Origin: a virus
Lineage: Duplodnaviria; Heunggongvirae; Uroviricota; Caudoviricetes
Strand: one strand, 5' to 3'
DNA: 24,518 nucleotides
IMG/VR virus record: IMGVR_UViG_2711768066_000004
Span: 1 to 24,518 of that record
Shown here: positions 1 through 8,685 of the stretch, piece after piece
How positions within the stretch are numbered: the first letter of the stretch is position 1
Layout of the letters: every line of letters begins with the position of its first letter
Translations under genes and position numbers: made by a program
The notes under the pieces: model-generated
Told to the model about the DNA's origin: nothing
Seen by the model: the letters and a program-made list of their open reading frames with translations, nothing else
Databases searched by the model: none

Positions 1-241
1 AAATCGTGTTGAGGCCAACGCCCATAATGCGGGCGGTTGCCCGGCATCCGACGCCATTCATGGCCATATCAATGATTTTCTGGTGCGTACCGGGTTGAGA
101 AGCGGTGTAAGTGAACTGCAGTTGCCATGTTTTACGGCAGTGAGAGCAGAGATAGCGCTGATGTCCGGCAGTGCTTTTGCCGTTACGCACCACCCCGTCA
201 GTAGCTGAACAGGAGGGACAGCTGATAGAAACAGAAGCCAC
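1..241 (-). CDS. insA: IS1 InsA transposase/repressor, N-terminal 80 codons (partial, runs off the window); GTG start
   Basis: Minus-strand translation [80 protein letters not shown] matches IS1 InsA as recalled. The 70-aa ORF 58..270 in the six-frame track is an alternative frame of the same DNA. Confidence 0.85.
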   Translation of the reverse strand, partial: MASVSISCPSCSATDGVVRNGKSTAGHQRYLCSHCRKTWQLQFTYTASQPGTHQKIIDMAMNGVGCRATARIMGVGLNTI

Positions 242-296
242 TGGAGCACCTCAAAAACACCATCATACACTAAATCAGTAAGTTGGCAGCATCACC
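1..296 (-). mobile_element. IS1: IS1 insertion sequence, partial copy (left terminal ~296 bp of the 768-bp element; remainder lies outside the window), inverted relative to the right-hand copy
   Basis: Positions 274..296 are the reverse complement of the IS1 terminal inverted repeat GGTGATGCTGCCAACTTACTGAT. Bases 2..296 are the exact reverse complement of 24224..24518. The minus strand encodes the InsA N-terminus. Confidence 0.93.
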
Positions 297-708
297 TAAA
301 ATGTGTAGTTGGTGAAACTATTACTCTTGAAATATCAGAAATGATGTCTTCTTGAACTTGCCGATAAAGTAAATCCTTTGGGTAATGGTGTTTGATCTCG
401 ATGGTTGCAACATTGCCATTATGTTCAGACGTTAATATCGACTGGTTATAAAGTGATATGTCAACAGCGCCGATACCGAGTTTTGGATGCTCACTTAAAG
501 CAGTTAGTGTGCTGATTTGATTGAGAATAACAACTAACTCATCACGTATTTGAGTTTCATGTTTGCGATTGTAGAAGTAGCAATTCAGTTCATTTAACTT
601 TTTATGCATCCTATCGTGACTAATTGCTTCGATCAGTAAATCCTGAATCATACTTTTCTCTAGGTAATCCGAACGGTTGTAAGTGACAGTATTGTGCTGG
701 CATGTCAT
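292..708 (-). CDS. Hypothetical protein in low-GC cargo, likely C-terminally truncated by the IS1 insertion; contains a PD-(D/E)xK-like pattern (GAVDIS...ATIEIKHH)
   Basis: 138-aa ORF; its last codon and stop (292..297) overlap the IS1 terminus at 296, so the native C-terminus is probably missing. No Shine-Dalgarno at the first ATG; an alternative start is Met20 (649..651). Nuclease-like motif is read by eye only. Confidence 0.5.
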   Translation of the reverse strand: MTCQHNTVTYNRSDYLEKSMIQDLLIEAISHDRMHKKLNELNCYFYNRKHETQIRDELVVILNQISTLTALSEHPKLGIGAVDISLYNQSILTSEHNGNVATIEIKHHYPKDLLYRQVQEDIISDISRVIVSPTTHFR

Positions 709-751
709 TAGTATGTAAAGGTATTGTGAATGCCAGCAAGATAACGAAGTA

Positions 752-1087
752 TCATCGATAGAAAAACTTTACGGCCCACTCGTAAACCGCTTTGTAAATC
801 GGTTCATGGTAAATACTATCGATACTATTCAGATGTGCGATCATCGCCTCCACAGTTGTAGTGGTTGTTTCTAATATTTCGATTATTGCAGGGCGGTCAT
901 CATCTTCATCGAAGTATTCGAACAGCAGTACAGGTTTACCATGCCATTCAGCATCTGAGACTCTAAGGTTACAACTACCGCTCAACTCAAAGTGAATTTT
1001 GTAATTACCTTCTACAGAATGGCCTACGGGGAAAAAGCATAGGGTGTCATCTTTGTTTAAAAGCCATTCCCATTCATAACTATTCAT
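752..1087 (-). CDS. Hypothetical small acidic protein (111 aa from the SD-supported start; the ORF extends to 1105)
   Basis: ORF 752..1105; the internal ATG at 1085..1087 is preceded by AGGAG at 7-nt spacing, whereas the first ATG has no SD. Low-GC codon usage unlike the adjacent phage genes. Rich in D/E (EYFDEDDDRPAIIEILETTTTT). Confidence 0.55.
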   Translation of the reverse strand: MNSYEWEWLLNKDDTLCFFPVGHSVEGNYKIHFELSGSCNLRVSDAEWHGKPVLLFEYFDEDDDRPAIIEILETTTTTVEAMIAHLNSIDSIYHEPIYKAVYEWAVKFFYR

Positions 1088-1237
1088 TTGTGAACTCCTG
1101 TTCATTGAGTTTCAACAACTATCAACTACATCCAGCGAAGCATAAAAGATCGTTTATGGCAAAACCGGAGTGGAGTGCGATTCGATTCTGAGAAGGATGC
1201 CACGTATCGCACGCGAACCATCCAAGAGGATTATGCA

Positions 1238-1588
1238 ATGCCACCACGAACCCCAAAAGCCTGCCGCGTTCGCGGCTGCCCCCATACCACCACTGACTCG
1301 TCAGGCTATTGCGAAAGCCACAAAAGCGAAGGCTGGAAGCAATACAAGCCAGGCCAGTCCCGTCATCAGCGCGGCTACGGTTCGAAGTGGGACTGTATCC
1401 GCGCGCGTGTCCTGAAGCGTGACAAAGGCCTGTGTCAGTTATGTCTACGTGCTGGTGTGGTGCGTGAGGCGAAAACCGTTGACCACATCATCCCTAAAGC
1501 GCGTGGCGGCACTGATGCTGACAGTAATCTACAGAGCCTGTGTTGGCCGTGTCATAAGGCGAAGACGGCCCGTGAATGGCTGAAGTAA
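1238..1588 (+). CDS. Phage HNH homing-type endonuclease (terminase-associated)
   Basis: CxxC...DHIIP...N...LCWPCH motifs typical of the HNH/His-Me finger; sits immediately upstream of the small terminase gene as in many cos-packaging phages. Start chosen at the ATG preceded by AAGAGG (ORF track start is 1175). Confidence 0.8.
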   Translation: MPPRTPKACRVRGCPHTTTDSSGYCESHKSEGWKQYKPGQSRHQRGYGSKWDCIRARVLKRDKGLCQLCLRAGVVREAKTVDHIIPKARGGTDADSNLQSLCWPCHKAKTAREWLK

Positions 1589-1610
1589 GAACCAGTTCCC
1601 ACTGCCAGAG

Positions 1611-1674
1611 GGGAGGGGCGGGTCAAATCCCTGTGACCTGACGTCTTCCGGACTGCCCGCCCCATCGTTTTTTT
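1611..1674 (+). terminator. GC-rich inverted repeat (GGGAGGGGCGGG ... GCCCGCCCC) followed by a T7 run; putative intrinsic terminator or packaging-site-associated structure upstream of terS
   Basis: Inverted repeat arms at 1611..1622 and 1655..1663, with a TTTTTTT run at 1668..1674, in the HNH-terS intergenic region. The loop is long (~32 nt), so terminator function is uncertain. Confidence 0.3.
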
Positions 1675-1713
1675 ATACCCGCGAAAAATGAAATTTAACC
1701 AGGAGTGCCGCAT

Positions 1714-2208
1714 ATGGCTGGAACGGCGGGGCGTTCCGGGCGTCGCCCCAAGCCAACGGCGCGCAAGGCGCTGGCCGGAAACCCCGGCAAGCGAGCCCTG
1801 AATAAAGATGAACCTGTTTTTACGCCCATCAAAGGTGTTGAGCCACCGGAGTGGTTCGCTGAAGAAGATCTCCCTCTCGCCACGATCATGTGGCAACTGA
1901 CAACCAAAGAACTCTGCGGTCAGGGCCTGCTGTGCGTGACTGACCTCGCGGTGCTTGAGCGGTGGTGTGTGGCCTATGAGTTCTGGCGACGTGCCGTGAA
2001 AAATATTGCCAGACAGGGCAACACCATCACCGGCGCAATGGGCGGTATGGTCAAAAATCCTGAGCTGACCGCCAAAAAAGAACAGGAGTCCGAGATGAGC
2101 AGTACGGGGGCAATGCTCGGACTCGACCCCAGCAGCCGCCAGCGTCTGATTGGCCTGGCGGGGCAGAAGAAAGCCACTAACCCGTTTCTGAAAATTATCG
2201 AATCATGA
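1714..2208 (+). CDS. Terminase small subunit (P27 family)
   Basis: Sequence [34 protein letters not shown] resembles P27-family small terminases. AGGAG SD 8 nt upstream of the ATG at 1714 (ORF track start 1705). Stop overlaps the terL start (ATGA). Confidence 0.75.
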   Translation: MAGTAGRSGRRPKPTARKALAGNPGKRALNKDEPVFTPIKGVEPPEWFAEEDLPLATIMWQLTTKELCGQGLLCVTDLAVLERWCVAYEFWRRAVKNIARQGNTITGAMGGMVKNPELTAKKEQESEMSSTGAMLGLDPSSRQRLIGLAGQKKATNPFLKIIES

Positions 2209-3938
2209 GCCGGAAATCTTACCCCAACGTAAATGCTGCCAATCAGTATGCCCGGGATGTCGTTCGCGGAAAGATTGTGGCCTGCCAGTTTGTGATTCAG
2301 GCCTGCCAGCGCCATCTTGATGACCTGATGGCGGAAAAAAGTAAGTCGTTTCGTTACCGCTTCGACAAGGACCTGGCTGAACGGGCCGCCAAATTTATTC
2401 AGCTGTTGCCGCATACCAAGGGTGAGTGGGCATTCAAACGGATGCCCATCACGCTGGAGCCGTGGCAGCTCTTTGTGATCTGCTGTGCGTTTGGCTGGGT
2501 CAATAAAGGTACCCGGCTGCGCCGCTTCCGGGAGGTGTATACCGAAATCCCCCGTAAGAACGGCAAATCGGCAATCTCTGCCGGTGTCGCCCTGTATTGT
2601 TTTGCCTGTGATAACGAGTTTGGCGCGGAAGTGTATTCCGGTGCCACGACAGAGAAACAGGCGTGGGAAGTCTTTCGCCCGGCGCGACTGATGTGTAAAC
2701 GCACACCCATGCTGACGGAAGCGTTCGGGATTGAGGTTAACGCCTCAAACATGAACCGTCCGGAGGATGGCGCGCGGTTTGAGCCGCTGATCGGTAACCC
2801 CGGTGATGGTTCATCACCCCACTGTGCGGTGGTGGATGAATATCACGAGCATGCCACCGATGCACTTTACACCACGATGCTTACCGGGATGGGGGCGCGA
2901 CGTCAGCCACTGATGTGGGCCATCACCACCGCCGGGTACAACATTGAGGGGCCGTGCTACGACAAGCGGCGGGAAGTTCTCGAGATGCTCAACGGTTCGG
3001 TACCCAACGATGAACTGTTCGGGATCATCTATACCGTTGACGAAGGCGATGACTGGACCGACCCGCAGGTGCTGGAAAAAGCCAATCCAAATATTGGCGT
3101 GTCGGTTTATCGCGAATTTTTGTTAAGTCAGCAGCAGCGTGCGAAAAATAACGCCCGTCTGGCAAACGTCTTTAAAACAAAACACCTCAATATCTGGGTG
3201 TCGGCGCGTTCGGCGTATTTCAACCTGGTGAGCTGGCAGAGCTGCGAGGATAAATCACTGACCCTTGAGCAGTTCGAGGGGCAGCCGTGCATTCTGGCCT
3301 TTGACCTGGCGCGTAAGCTGGATATGAACAGCATGGCGCGACTTTATACCCGCGAGATTGACGGTAAAACGCATTACTACAGTGTGGCCCCGCGTTTCTG
3401 GGTACCGTATGACACGGTGTACAGCGTCGAGAAAAATGAAGATCGACGGACAGCCGAACGCTTTCAGAAATGGGTGGAAATGGGCGTTCTGACCGTTACC
3501 GATGGTGCGGAAGTGGATTATCGCTACATCCTCGAGGAGGCCAAAGCGGCGAACAAAATCAGCCCGGTCAGTGAGTCACCCATCGACCCCTTCGGGGCGA
3601 CCGGGTTGTCACATGACCTTGCTGATGAAGACCTGAATCCCGTCACTATCGTCCAGAACTTCACCAATATGTCCGACCCGATGAAAGAGCTGGAAGCGGC
3701 GATTGAATCGGGACGTTTTCATCATGACGGCAATCCCATCATGACCTGGTGTATCGGCAACGTGGTCGGCAAAACCATTCCGGGTAACGATGATGTGGTG
3801 AAGCCCGTCAAAGAGCAGGCGGAAAACAAAATCGATGGTGCAGTTGCGCTGATTATGGCGGTTGGCAGAGCCATGCTGTACGAGAAAGAAGACACGCTGT
3901 CTGACCACATTGAGTCCTATGGGATCCGCTCGCTTTAA
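2205..3938 (+). CDS. Terminase large subunit
   Basis: 577 aa with a Walker A-like NGKS motif and a C-terminal nuclease-like region; position directly after terS and before portal. Confidence 0.88.
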   Translation: MSRKSYPNVNAANQYARDVVRGKIVACQFVIQACQRHLDDLMAEKSKSFRYRFDKDLAERAAKFIQLLPHTKGEWAFKRMPITLEPWQLFVICCAFGWVNKGTRLRRFREVYTEIPRKNGKSAISAGVALYCFACDNEFGAEVYSGATTEKQAWEVFRPARLMCKRTPMLTEAFGIEVNASNMNRPEDGARFEPLIGNPGDGSSPHCAVVDEYHEHATDALYTTMLTGMGARRQPLMWAITTAGYNIEGPCYDKRREVLEMLNGSVPNDELFGIIYTVDEGDDWTDPQVLEKANPNIGVSVYREFLLSQQQRAKNNARLANVFKTKHLNIWVSARSAYFNLVSWQSCEDKSLTLEQFEGQPCILAFDLARKLDMNSMARLYTREIDGKTHYYSVAPRFWVPYDTVYSVEKNEDRRTAERFQKWVEMGVLTVTDGAEVDYRYILEEAKAANKISPVSESPIDPFGATGLSHDLADEDLNPVTIVQNFTNMSDPMKELEAAIESGRFHHDGNPIMTWCIGNVVGKTIPGNDDVVKPVKEQAENKIDGAVALIMAVGRAMLYEKEDTLSDHIESYGIRSL

Positions 3939-3949
3939 CTGAGGTAATT

Positions 3950-4132
3950 ATGATCATGCTGATTCTCGCGCCTCTGGTGGGCGTGCTGGGGGCGCTTTTG
4001 CTGGCGTATGGTGCCTGGCTGATTTATCCCCCGGCGGGGTTTGTTGTTGCCGGGGCGTTGTGCCTGTTCTGGTCGTGGCTGGTGGCGCGATATCTCGACC
4101 GTACACAGTCGTCTGCCGGCGGAGGTAAATAG
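3950..4132 (+). CDS. Small hydrophobic protein (two predicted TM helices)
   Basis: 60 aa, [49 protein letters not shown]; GAGG SD upstream; wedged between terL and portal. Confidence 0.45.
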   Translation: MIMLILAPLVGVLGALLLAYGAWLIYPPAGFVVAGALCLFWSWLVARYLDRTQSSAGGGK

Positions 4133-5373
4133 TGTTCTTTTCGGGATTATTTCAACGAAAAAGTGACGCACCGGTGACCACGCCAGCAGAGCTGGCGGAT
4201 GCTATCGGGTTGTCCTACGACACCTATACCGGAAAGCAGATCAGCAGCCAGCGGGCCATGCGACTGACGGCGGTTTTTTCCTGTGTCAGGGTGCTGGCGG
4301 AGTCGGTCGGGATGTTGCCCTGCAACCTGTATCACCTGAACGGCAGCCTGAAGCAGAGAGCCACTGGCGAACGTCTGCATAAGCTGATCTCCACGCATCC
4401 CAATGGCTATATGACGCCGCAGGAGTTCTGGGAGCTGGTGGTCACCTGTCTGTGCCTGCGGGGAAACTTTTACGCCTACAAAGTGAAAGCATTTGGCGAA
4501 GTGGCTGAACTGCTGCCCGTCGATCCCGGCTGTGTGGTACCGAAGCTTAACAGTAGCTGGGAGCCGGTCTATCAGGTCACATTCCCGGATGGCTCCACGG
4601 ATGTACTGAGCCAGGAGGATATCTGGCATGTGCGCACGCTGACGCTGGACGGACTGGTGGGGCTGAATCCCATCGCCTATGCCCGCGAGGCAATATCGCT
4701 GGCGGCAGCGACCGAAGAGCACGGGGCCAGACTGTTCAGCAATGGCGCGGTGACGTCGGGTGTGTTGCGTACAGAGCAGACGCTGTCAGATCAGGCTTAT
4801 GAGCGCCTGAAGAAAGATTTTGAGGAGCGTCACACCGGGCTTGGCAATGCTCACCGCCCGATGATCCTTGAGATGGGGCTGGACTGGAAGTCGATGGCGC
4901 TGAACGCCGAGGACAGCCAGTTCCTGGAAACCCGCAGGTTTCAGCTTGAAGAAATCTGTCGTCTGTTCCGGGTGCCGTTGCACATGGTGCAGAACACCGA
5001 TCGCGCCACCTTCAACAATATCGAAGAGCTGGGGCTGGGATTTATCAACTATTCACTGGTGCCGTATCTGACCCGCATCGAACAGCGGATCAACACCGGA
5101 CTGGTACGAAAAAGTAAGCAGGGCGTTTATTACGCCAAATTTAACGCCGGGGCGTTACTGCGCGGGGATATGAAGTCCCGTTTTGAAGCCTACGCCACCG
5201 GGATCAACTGGGGAATTTACTCTCCCAATGACTGCCGCGACCTGGAAGATATGAATCCGCGTCCCGGTGGTGATGTCTATCTCACACCGATGAACATGAC
5301 CACGAAACCCTCCGATGGCAGTAAAGCCGGTAAGCAGAAGGATAACGCCAATGCAGACGAAACAACGTCTTGA
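4132..5373 (+). CDS. Portal protein (HK97 family)
   Basis: 413 aa; position after terminase; sequence features typical of HK97-family portals. Probable GTG start at 4132 preceded by GGAGGT. Confidence 0.85.
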   Translation: MFFSGLFQRKSDAPVTTPAELADAIGLSYDTYTGKQISSQRAMRLTAVFSCVRVLAESVGMLPCNLYHLNGSLKQRATGERLHKLISTHPNGYMTPQEFWELVVTCLCLRGNFYAYKVKAFGEVAELLPVDPGCVVPKLNSSWEPVYQVTFPDGSTDVLSQEDIWHVRTLTLDGLVGLNPIAYAREAISLAAATEEHGARLFSNGAVTSGVLRTEQTLSDQAYERLKKDFEERHTGLGNAHRPMILEMGLDWKSMALNAEDSQFLETRRFQLEEICRLFRVPLHMVQNTDRATFNNIEELGLGFINYSLVPYLTRIEQRINTGLVRKSKQGVYYAKFNAGALLRGDMKSRFEAYATGINWGIYSPNDCRDLEDMNPRPGGDVYLTPMNMTTKPSDGSKAGKQKDNANADETTS

Positions 5374-6001
5374 TGTACCGCTGAGTCTGAAATCTGTCAG
5401 TGACTCCGGTGAGTTTGAAGGGTATGGCTCTGTCTTTGGTGTAAAGGACAGCCACGATGATGTGGTGATGTCCGGGGCATTTGCTGCTTCCCTGCGGGCG
5501 TGGAGTGACAGAAAAGCGTTACCTGCACTGCTCTGGCAGCACCGTATGGATGAGCCCATCGGTGTTTACACCGAAATGAAGGAAGACGATGTCGGGCTTT
5601 ACGTCAGGGGGCGGTTGCTCATTGATGATGATCCCCTGGCAAAACGCGCACATGCACACATGAAGGCCGGTTCGCTAACCGGCCTTTCTATTGGGTACGT
5701 CCTGAAGGACTGGGAATACGACCGGACGAAAGAAGCCTTTCTGCTGAAAGAAATCGACCTCTGGGAAGTCAGTCTGGTGACGTTTCCGTCTAACGACGAG
5801 GCGCGGATCAGCGACGTCAAGAACGCGCTGGCCCGCGGGGAAATCCCCGAACAGAAAAAAATCGAAAGAGTCCTGCGTGATGTCGGACTCTCCCGTACCC
5901 AGGCCAAAGCATTCATGGCCGGGGGCTATGGCGCACTGTCCCTGCGCGACGCTGAGGATGTGGGCTCTGCACTGAATGCACTGAAAAATCTGAACTTCTA
6001 A
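5351..6001 (+). CDS. Prohead maturation protease (HK97 family)
   Basis: EGYGSVFGVKDSHDDVVMSGAFAASL motif region typical of HK97-type prohead proteases; AAGGA SD before the ATG at 5351 (ORF track start 5315). Confidence 0.8.
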   Translation: MQTKQRLDVPLSLKSVSDSGEFEGYGSVFGVKDSHDDVVMSGAFAASLRAWSDRKALPALLWQHRMDEPIGVYTEMKEDDVGLYVRGRLLIDDDPLAKRAHAHMKAGSLTGLSIGYVLKDWEYDRTKEAFLLKEIDLWEVSLVTFPSNDEARISDVKNALARGEIPEQKKIERVLRDVGLSRTQAKAFMAGGYGALSLRDAEDVGSALNALKNLNF

Positions 6002-6015
6002 TCAGGAGAAATACG

Positions 6016-7221
6016 ATGGCGGTTGATATTAAAGATGTCGAACAGGTCGCGCAGGAGCTGCAGCAGAAGTTTGACGACTTCAAAGCAAAGAACGACAAGC
6101 GCGTGGATGCGATTGAGCAGGAAAAAGGCAAGCTTGCCGGGCAGGTGGAAACCCTGAACGGGAAACTCAGCGAGCTGGAAAATCTCAAAAGCGACCTTGA
6201 AAAAGAGCTGCTTGAGCTGAAACGTCCGGCAGGTGGTGCGCAAAATAAACTGGCCACCGAGCATAAAGAAGCGTTTGTGGGCTTCCTGCGTAAAGGCCGT
6301 GAAGACGGTCTGCGCGATCTGGAGCGTAAGGCATTGCAGGTGGGCACCGATGAAGACGGTGGCTACGCCGTGCCGGAAGCGCTGGATCGCAACATTCTCA
6401 ACCTGCTGAAAGATGAAGTGGTGATGCGTCAGGAAGCCACGGTGATCACCGTTGGCGGTTCCGACTACAAAAAACTGGTGAATCTGGGCGGCACGGCTTC
6501 CGGATGGGTGGGGGAAACGGATACGCGATCCCAGACTGCCACCTCCAGACTGGAGCTGATTGAACCTCTCATGGGGGAAATCTACGGCAACCCGCAGGCT
6601 ACCCAGAAAATGCTGGACGATGCCTTCTTCAACGTGGAAGCATGGATCAACAGCGAGCTGGCAACCGAATTTGCCGAACAGGAAGAAATTGCCTTTACCA
6701 CCGGCGATGGTACCAAGAAGCCGAAAGGGTTCCTGGCGTATGAATCCACGGATGAAACCGATAAGGTCCGGGCGTTCGGCAAACTTCAGCATATTGTATC
6801 CGGCGACGCGACTGCGGTGACCGCTGATGCCATTATCAAACTGATTTACACGCTGCGAAAGGCACACCGCACCGGCGCGAAGTTCATGATGAACAACAAC
6901 AGCCTGTTTGCCATCCGTTTGCTGAAAGACACCGAGGGTAACTATCTGTGGCGTCCGGGGCTGGAACTGGGGCAGCCGTCCTCTCTGGCGGGTTACGGTA
7001 TCGCTGAAAACGAACAGATGCCGGATATCGCCGCTGATGCGAAAGCCATTGCATTTGGTAACTTCAAACGGGGTTACACCATCGTTGACCGTATCGGCAC
7101 CCGCATTCTGCGTGACCCGTACACCAATAAACCGTTTGTCGGTTTTTATACCACCAAGCGCACCGGCGGGATGCTGGTCGATTCGCAGGCCATCAAACTG
7201 CTGAAGATTGCAGCGGCGTAA
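6016..7221 (+). CDS. Major capsid protein (HK97 fold) with N-terminal coiled-coil delta/scaffolding domain
   Basis: 401 aa; first ~100 aa are coiled-coil (KDVEQVAQELQQKFDDFKAKNDKRVDAIEQEKGKLAGQVETLNGKLSELENLKSDLEKE); follows the protease gene; AGGAGA SD. Confidence 0.85.
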   Translation: MAVDIKDVEQVAQELQQKFDDFKAKNDKRVDAIEQEKGKLAGQVETLNGKLSELENLKSDLEKELLELKRPAGGAQNKLATEHKEAFVGFLRKGREDGLRDLERKALQVGTDEDGGYAVPEALDRNILNLLKDEVVMRQEATVITVGGSDYKKLVNLGGTASGWVGETDTRSQTATSRLELIEPLMGEIYGNPQATQKMLDDAFFNVEAWINSELATEFAEQEEIAFTTGDGTKKPKGFLAYESTDETDKVRAFGKLQHIVSGDATAVTADAIIKLIYTLRKAHRTGAKFMMNNNSLFAIRLLKDTEGNYLWRPGLELGQPSSLAGYGIAENEQMPDIAADAKAIAFGNFKRGYTIVDRIGTRILRDPYTNKPFVGFYTTKRTGGMLVDSQAIKLLKIAAA

Positions 7222-7228
7222 TCATTCA

Positions 7229-7248
7229 GGGGCGCGGAACCGCGCCCC
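7229..7248 (+). terminator. Perfect 9-bp GC stem (GGGGCGCGG / CCGCGCCCC) with 2-nt loop right after the capsid gene; putative attenuator/partial terminator
   Basis: Seen directly in sequence 8 nt after the capsid stop codon; no strong T-tract follows, so probably only partial termination or an RNA-stability element. Confidence 0.35.
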
Positions 7249-7270
7249 CTGTTCTGACGGATGAAGAATC

Positions 7271-7471
7271 ATGATCCTGAAACAAGATCTGAAATGGTCA
7301 CCGGACGGTATGCGTGTTGAGGTCATTCGGGCCGGTGAGTATGACGACGGGGCGCTGCCTGCCCGGGTGCAGGAGATTGCACTTCAGGCCGGGTTAGCAG
7401 AGCGCGGAACCAGTGCAAAAAGCAGTAAAGCGGCAAAAGAGAAAAAAGCCACGACCAGTAAAGAGGGCTGA
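7271..7471 (+). CDS. Hypothetical small head-associated protein with lysine-rich C-terminus
   Basis: 66-aa ORF in the correct orientation between capsid and connector genes; weak SD. Confidence 0.4.
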   Translation: MILKQDLKWSPDGMRVEVIRAGEYDDGALPARVQEIALQAGLAERGTSAKSSKAAKEKKATTSKEG

Positions 7472-7473
7472 GT

Positions 7474-7797
7474 ATGCTTCTGACAATGGAAGAGATTAAA
7501 GCCCAACTCCGGCTGGATGAGGATTTCGATACTGATGACCGTCATCTGCAACTGCTGGCCTGTGCGGCGCAAAAGCGGACGGAAACGTATCTGAACCGGA
7601 AGCTCTATGCACCGGATGAAAACATTCCGGACAGCGATCCGGACGGACTACACCTGCCGGATGATATTCGTCTGGGGATGCTGATGCTTATCAGCCATTT
7701 TTACGAAAACCGCTCGTCGGTTACGGAAGTGGAGAAACTCGACATGCCGCAGAGTTTTGGCTGGCTTGTCAGCCCGTACAGGTACTTTCCGCAATGA
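7474..7797 (+). CDS. Head-tail connector protein (gp6-like DNA packaging/connector)
   Basis: 107 aa; N-terminal MLLTMEEIKAQLRLDEDFDTDDRHLQLLACAAQKRTETYL resembles phage gp6-like connector proteins; conserved position. Confidence 0.65.
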   Translation: MLLTMEEIKAQLRLDEDFDTDDRHLQLLACAAQKRTETYLNRKLYAPDENIPDSDPDGLHLPDDIRLGMLMLISHFYENRSSVTEVEKLDMPQSFGWLVSPYRYFPQ

Positions 7798-8204
7798 AAA
7801 TTCGTCAGGCGCAGACCAGCGCAACCTACATCCTGCCGGACCCCGGCGAAATGAATAAACGCGTCCTGATCCGCCAGCGGGTGGATATGCCCGCGGATAA
7901 CTTTGGCGTGGAGCCTCAATACCCGGTTGCGTTCCGGGCATGGGCGAAGGTTATCCAGACCAGTGCCACCACCTGGCAGGAAACCGCGCAGACCGGAGAC
8001 GCCATCACCCATTACATCACCATTCGCTACCGCCGGGGGATCACTGCTGATTATGAGGTGGTCTGTGGTGACAGTGTGTACCGCGTGAAACGTCAGCGTG
8101 ATCTGAACGGAGCGCGGCGCTTTCTGCTGCTGGAGTGTACGGAGCTGGGCGAATGTAGGCAGAGTCACGGAGGCAGCAATGGCGACTCCCTTTTTTCACG
8201 TTGA
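7794..8204 (+). CDS. Head closure / head-tail adaptor protein
   Basis: 136 aa; ATGA overlap with the upstream gene; conserved position and size. Confidence 0.6.
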   Translation: MKIRQAQTSATYILPDPGEMNKRVLIRQRVDMPADNFGVEPQYPVAFRAWAKVIQTSATTWQETAQTGDAITHYITIRYRRGITADYEVVCGDSVYRVKRQRDLNGARRFLLLECTELGECRQSHGGSNGDSLFSR

Positions 8205-8685
8205 TGTTCAGCAGCCCGCCGAGATGCGCTTTAACCGCGCCCGTGTCCGACGGGCGTTTGTCACGATTGGGCAGCGTCATATGCGTGATGCCCGTCGGCT
8301 GGTGATGCGCCGTGCGCGGTCGGCACCGGGTGAAAACCCCGGTTATCAGACCGGACGCCTGGCTCGTTCGATTGGTTATATGGTGCCGAGAGCCAGTAAA
8401 AAGCGAGCCGGTTTTATGACACGCATTGCCCCTAACCAGCGCAACGGGAAGGGGAACCGGATGATCTCTGGTGACTTCTATCCGGCGTTTCTGTTTTTTG
8501 GTGTCCGGGGAGGAGCAAAACGTCGTCGCAGTCATCATCGTGGTGCATCCGGTGGCAGCGGCTGGCGACTGGCTCCACGTAATAACTTCATGGTGGAAAC
8601 TCTTGAAAAGAACCGCAGCTGGACACGCTATTTTCTGGCGCGGGAATTGCGTAAATCACTGAAGCCGGAGCGACGACACAGATGA
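8179..8685 (+). CDS. HK97 gp10-like tail-component protein
   Basis: 168 aa basic protein; GGAGG SD; conserved position in the head-tail joining module. Confidence 0.55.
   Translation: MATPFFHVDVQQPAEMRFNRARVRRAFVTIGQRHMRDARRLVMRRARSAPGENPGYQTGRLARSIGYMVPRASKKRAGFMTRIAPNQRNGKGNRMISGDFYPAFLFFGVRGGAKRRRSHHRGASGGSGWRLAPRNNFMVETLEKNRSWTRYFLARELRKSLKPERRHR

Noticed and set aside
58-270. 70-aa ORF at the left edge and its identical twin at 24250..24462
   Set aside because: Alternative reading frame inside IS1; the real coding frame there is insA (GTG start), which matches the IS1 InsA protein as recalled.
1175-1237. Upstream extension of the HNH ORF (start at 1175) and the overlapping alternative-frame ORF 1170..1415
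   Set aside because: The ATG at 1238 has a proper AAGAGG SD and the extension spans the compositional junction with the divergent cargo gene; the alternative frame has no support.
5998-6867. 289-aa minus-strand ORF antisense to the major capsid gene (and similar long antisense ORFs 4147..4722, 8628..9218, 14770..15267, 16997..17455, 1974..2414, 2399..2752, 5913..6347)
   Set aside because: Each lies entirely inside a well-supported plus-strand structural gene with conserved order and translational coupling. High GC with biased third positions produces long stop-free antisense frames, and none has a credible SD/start context.
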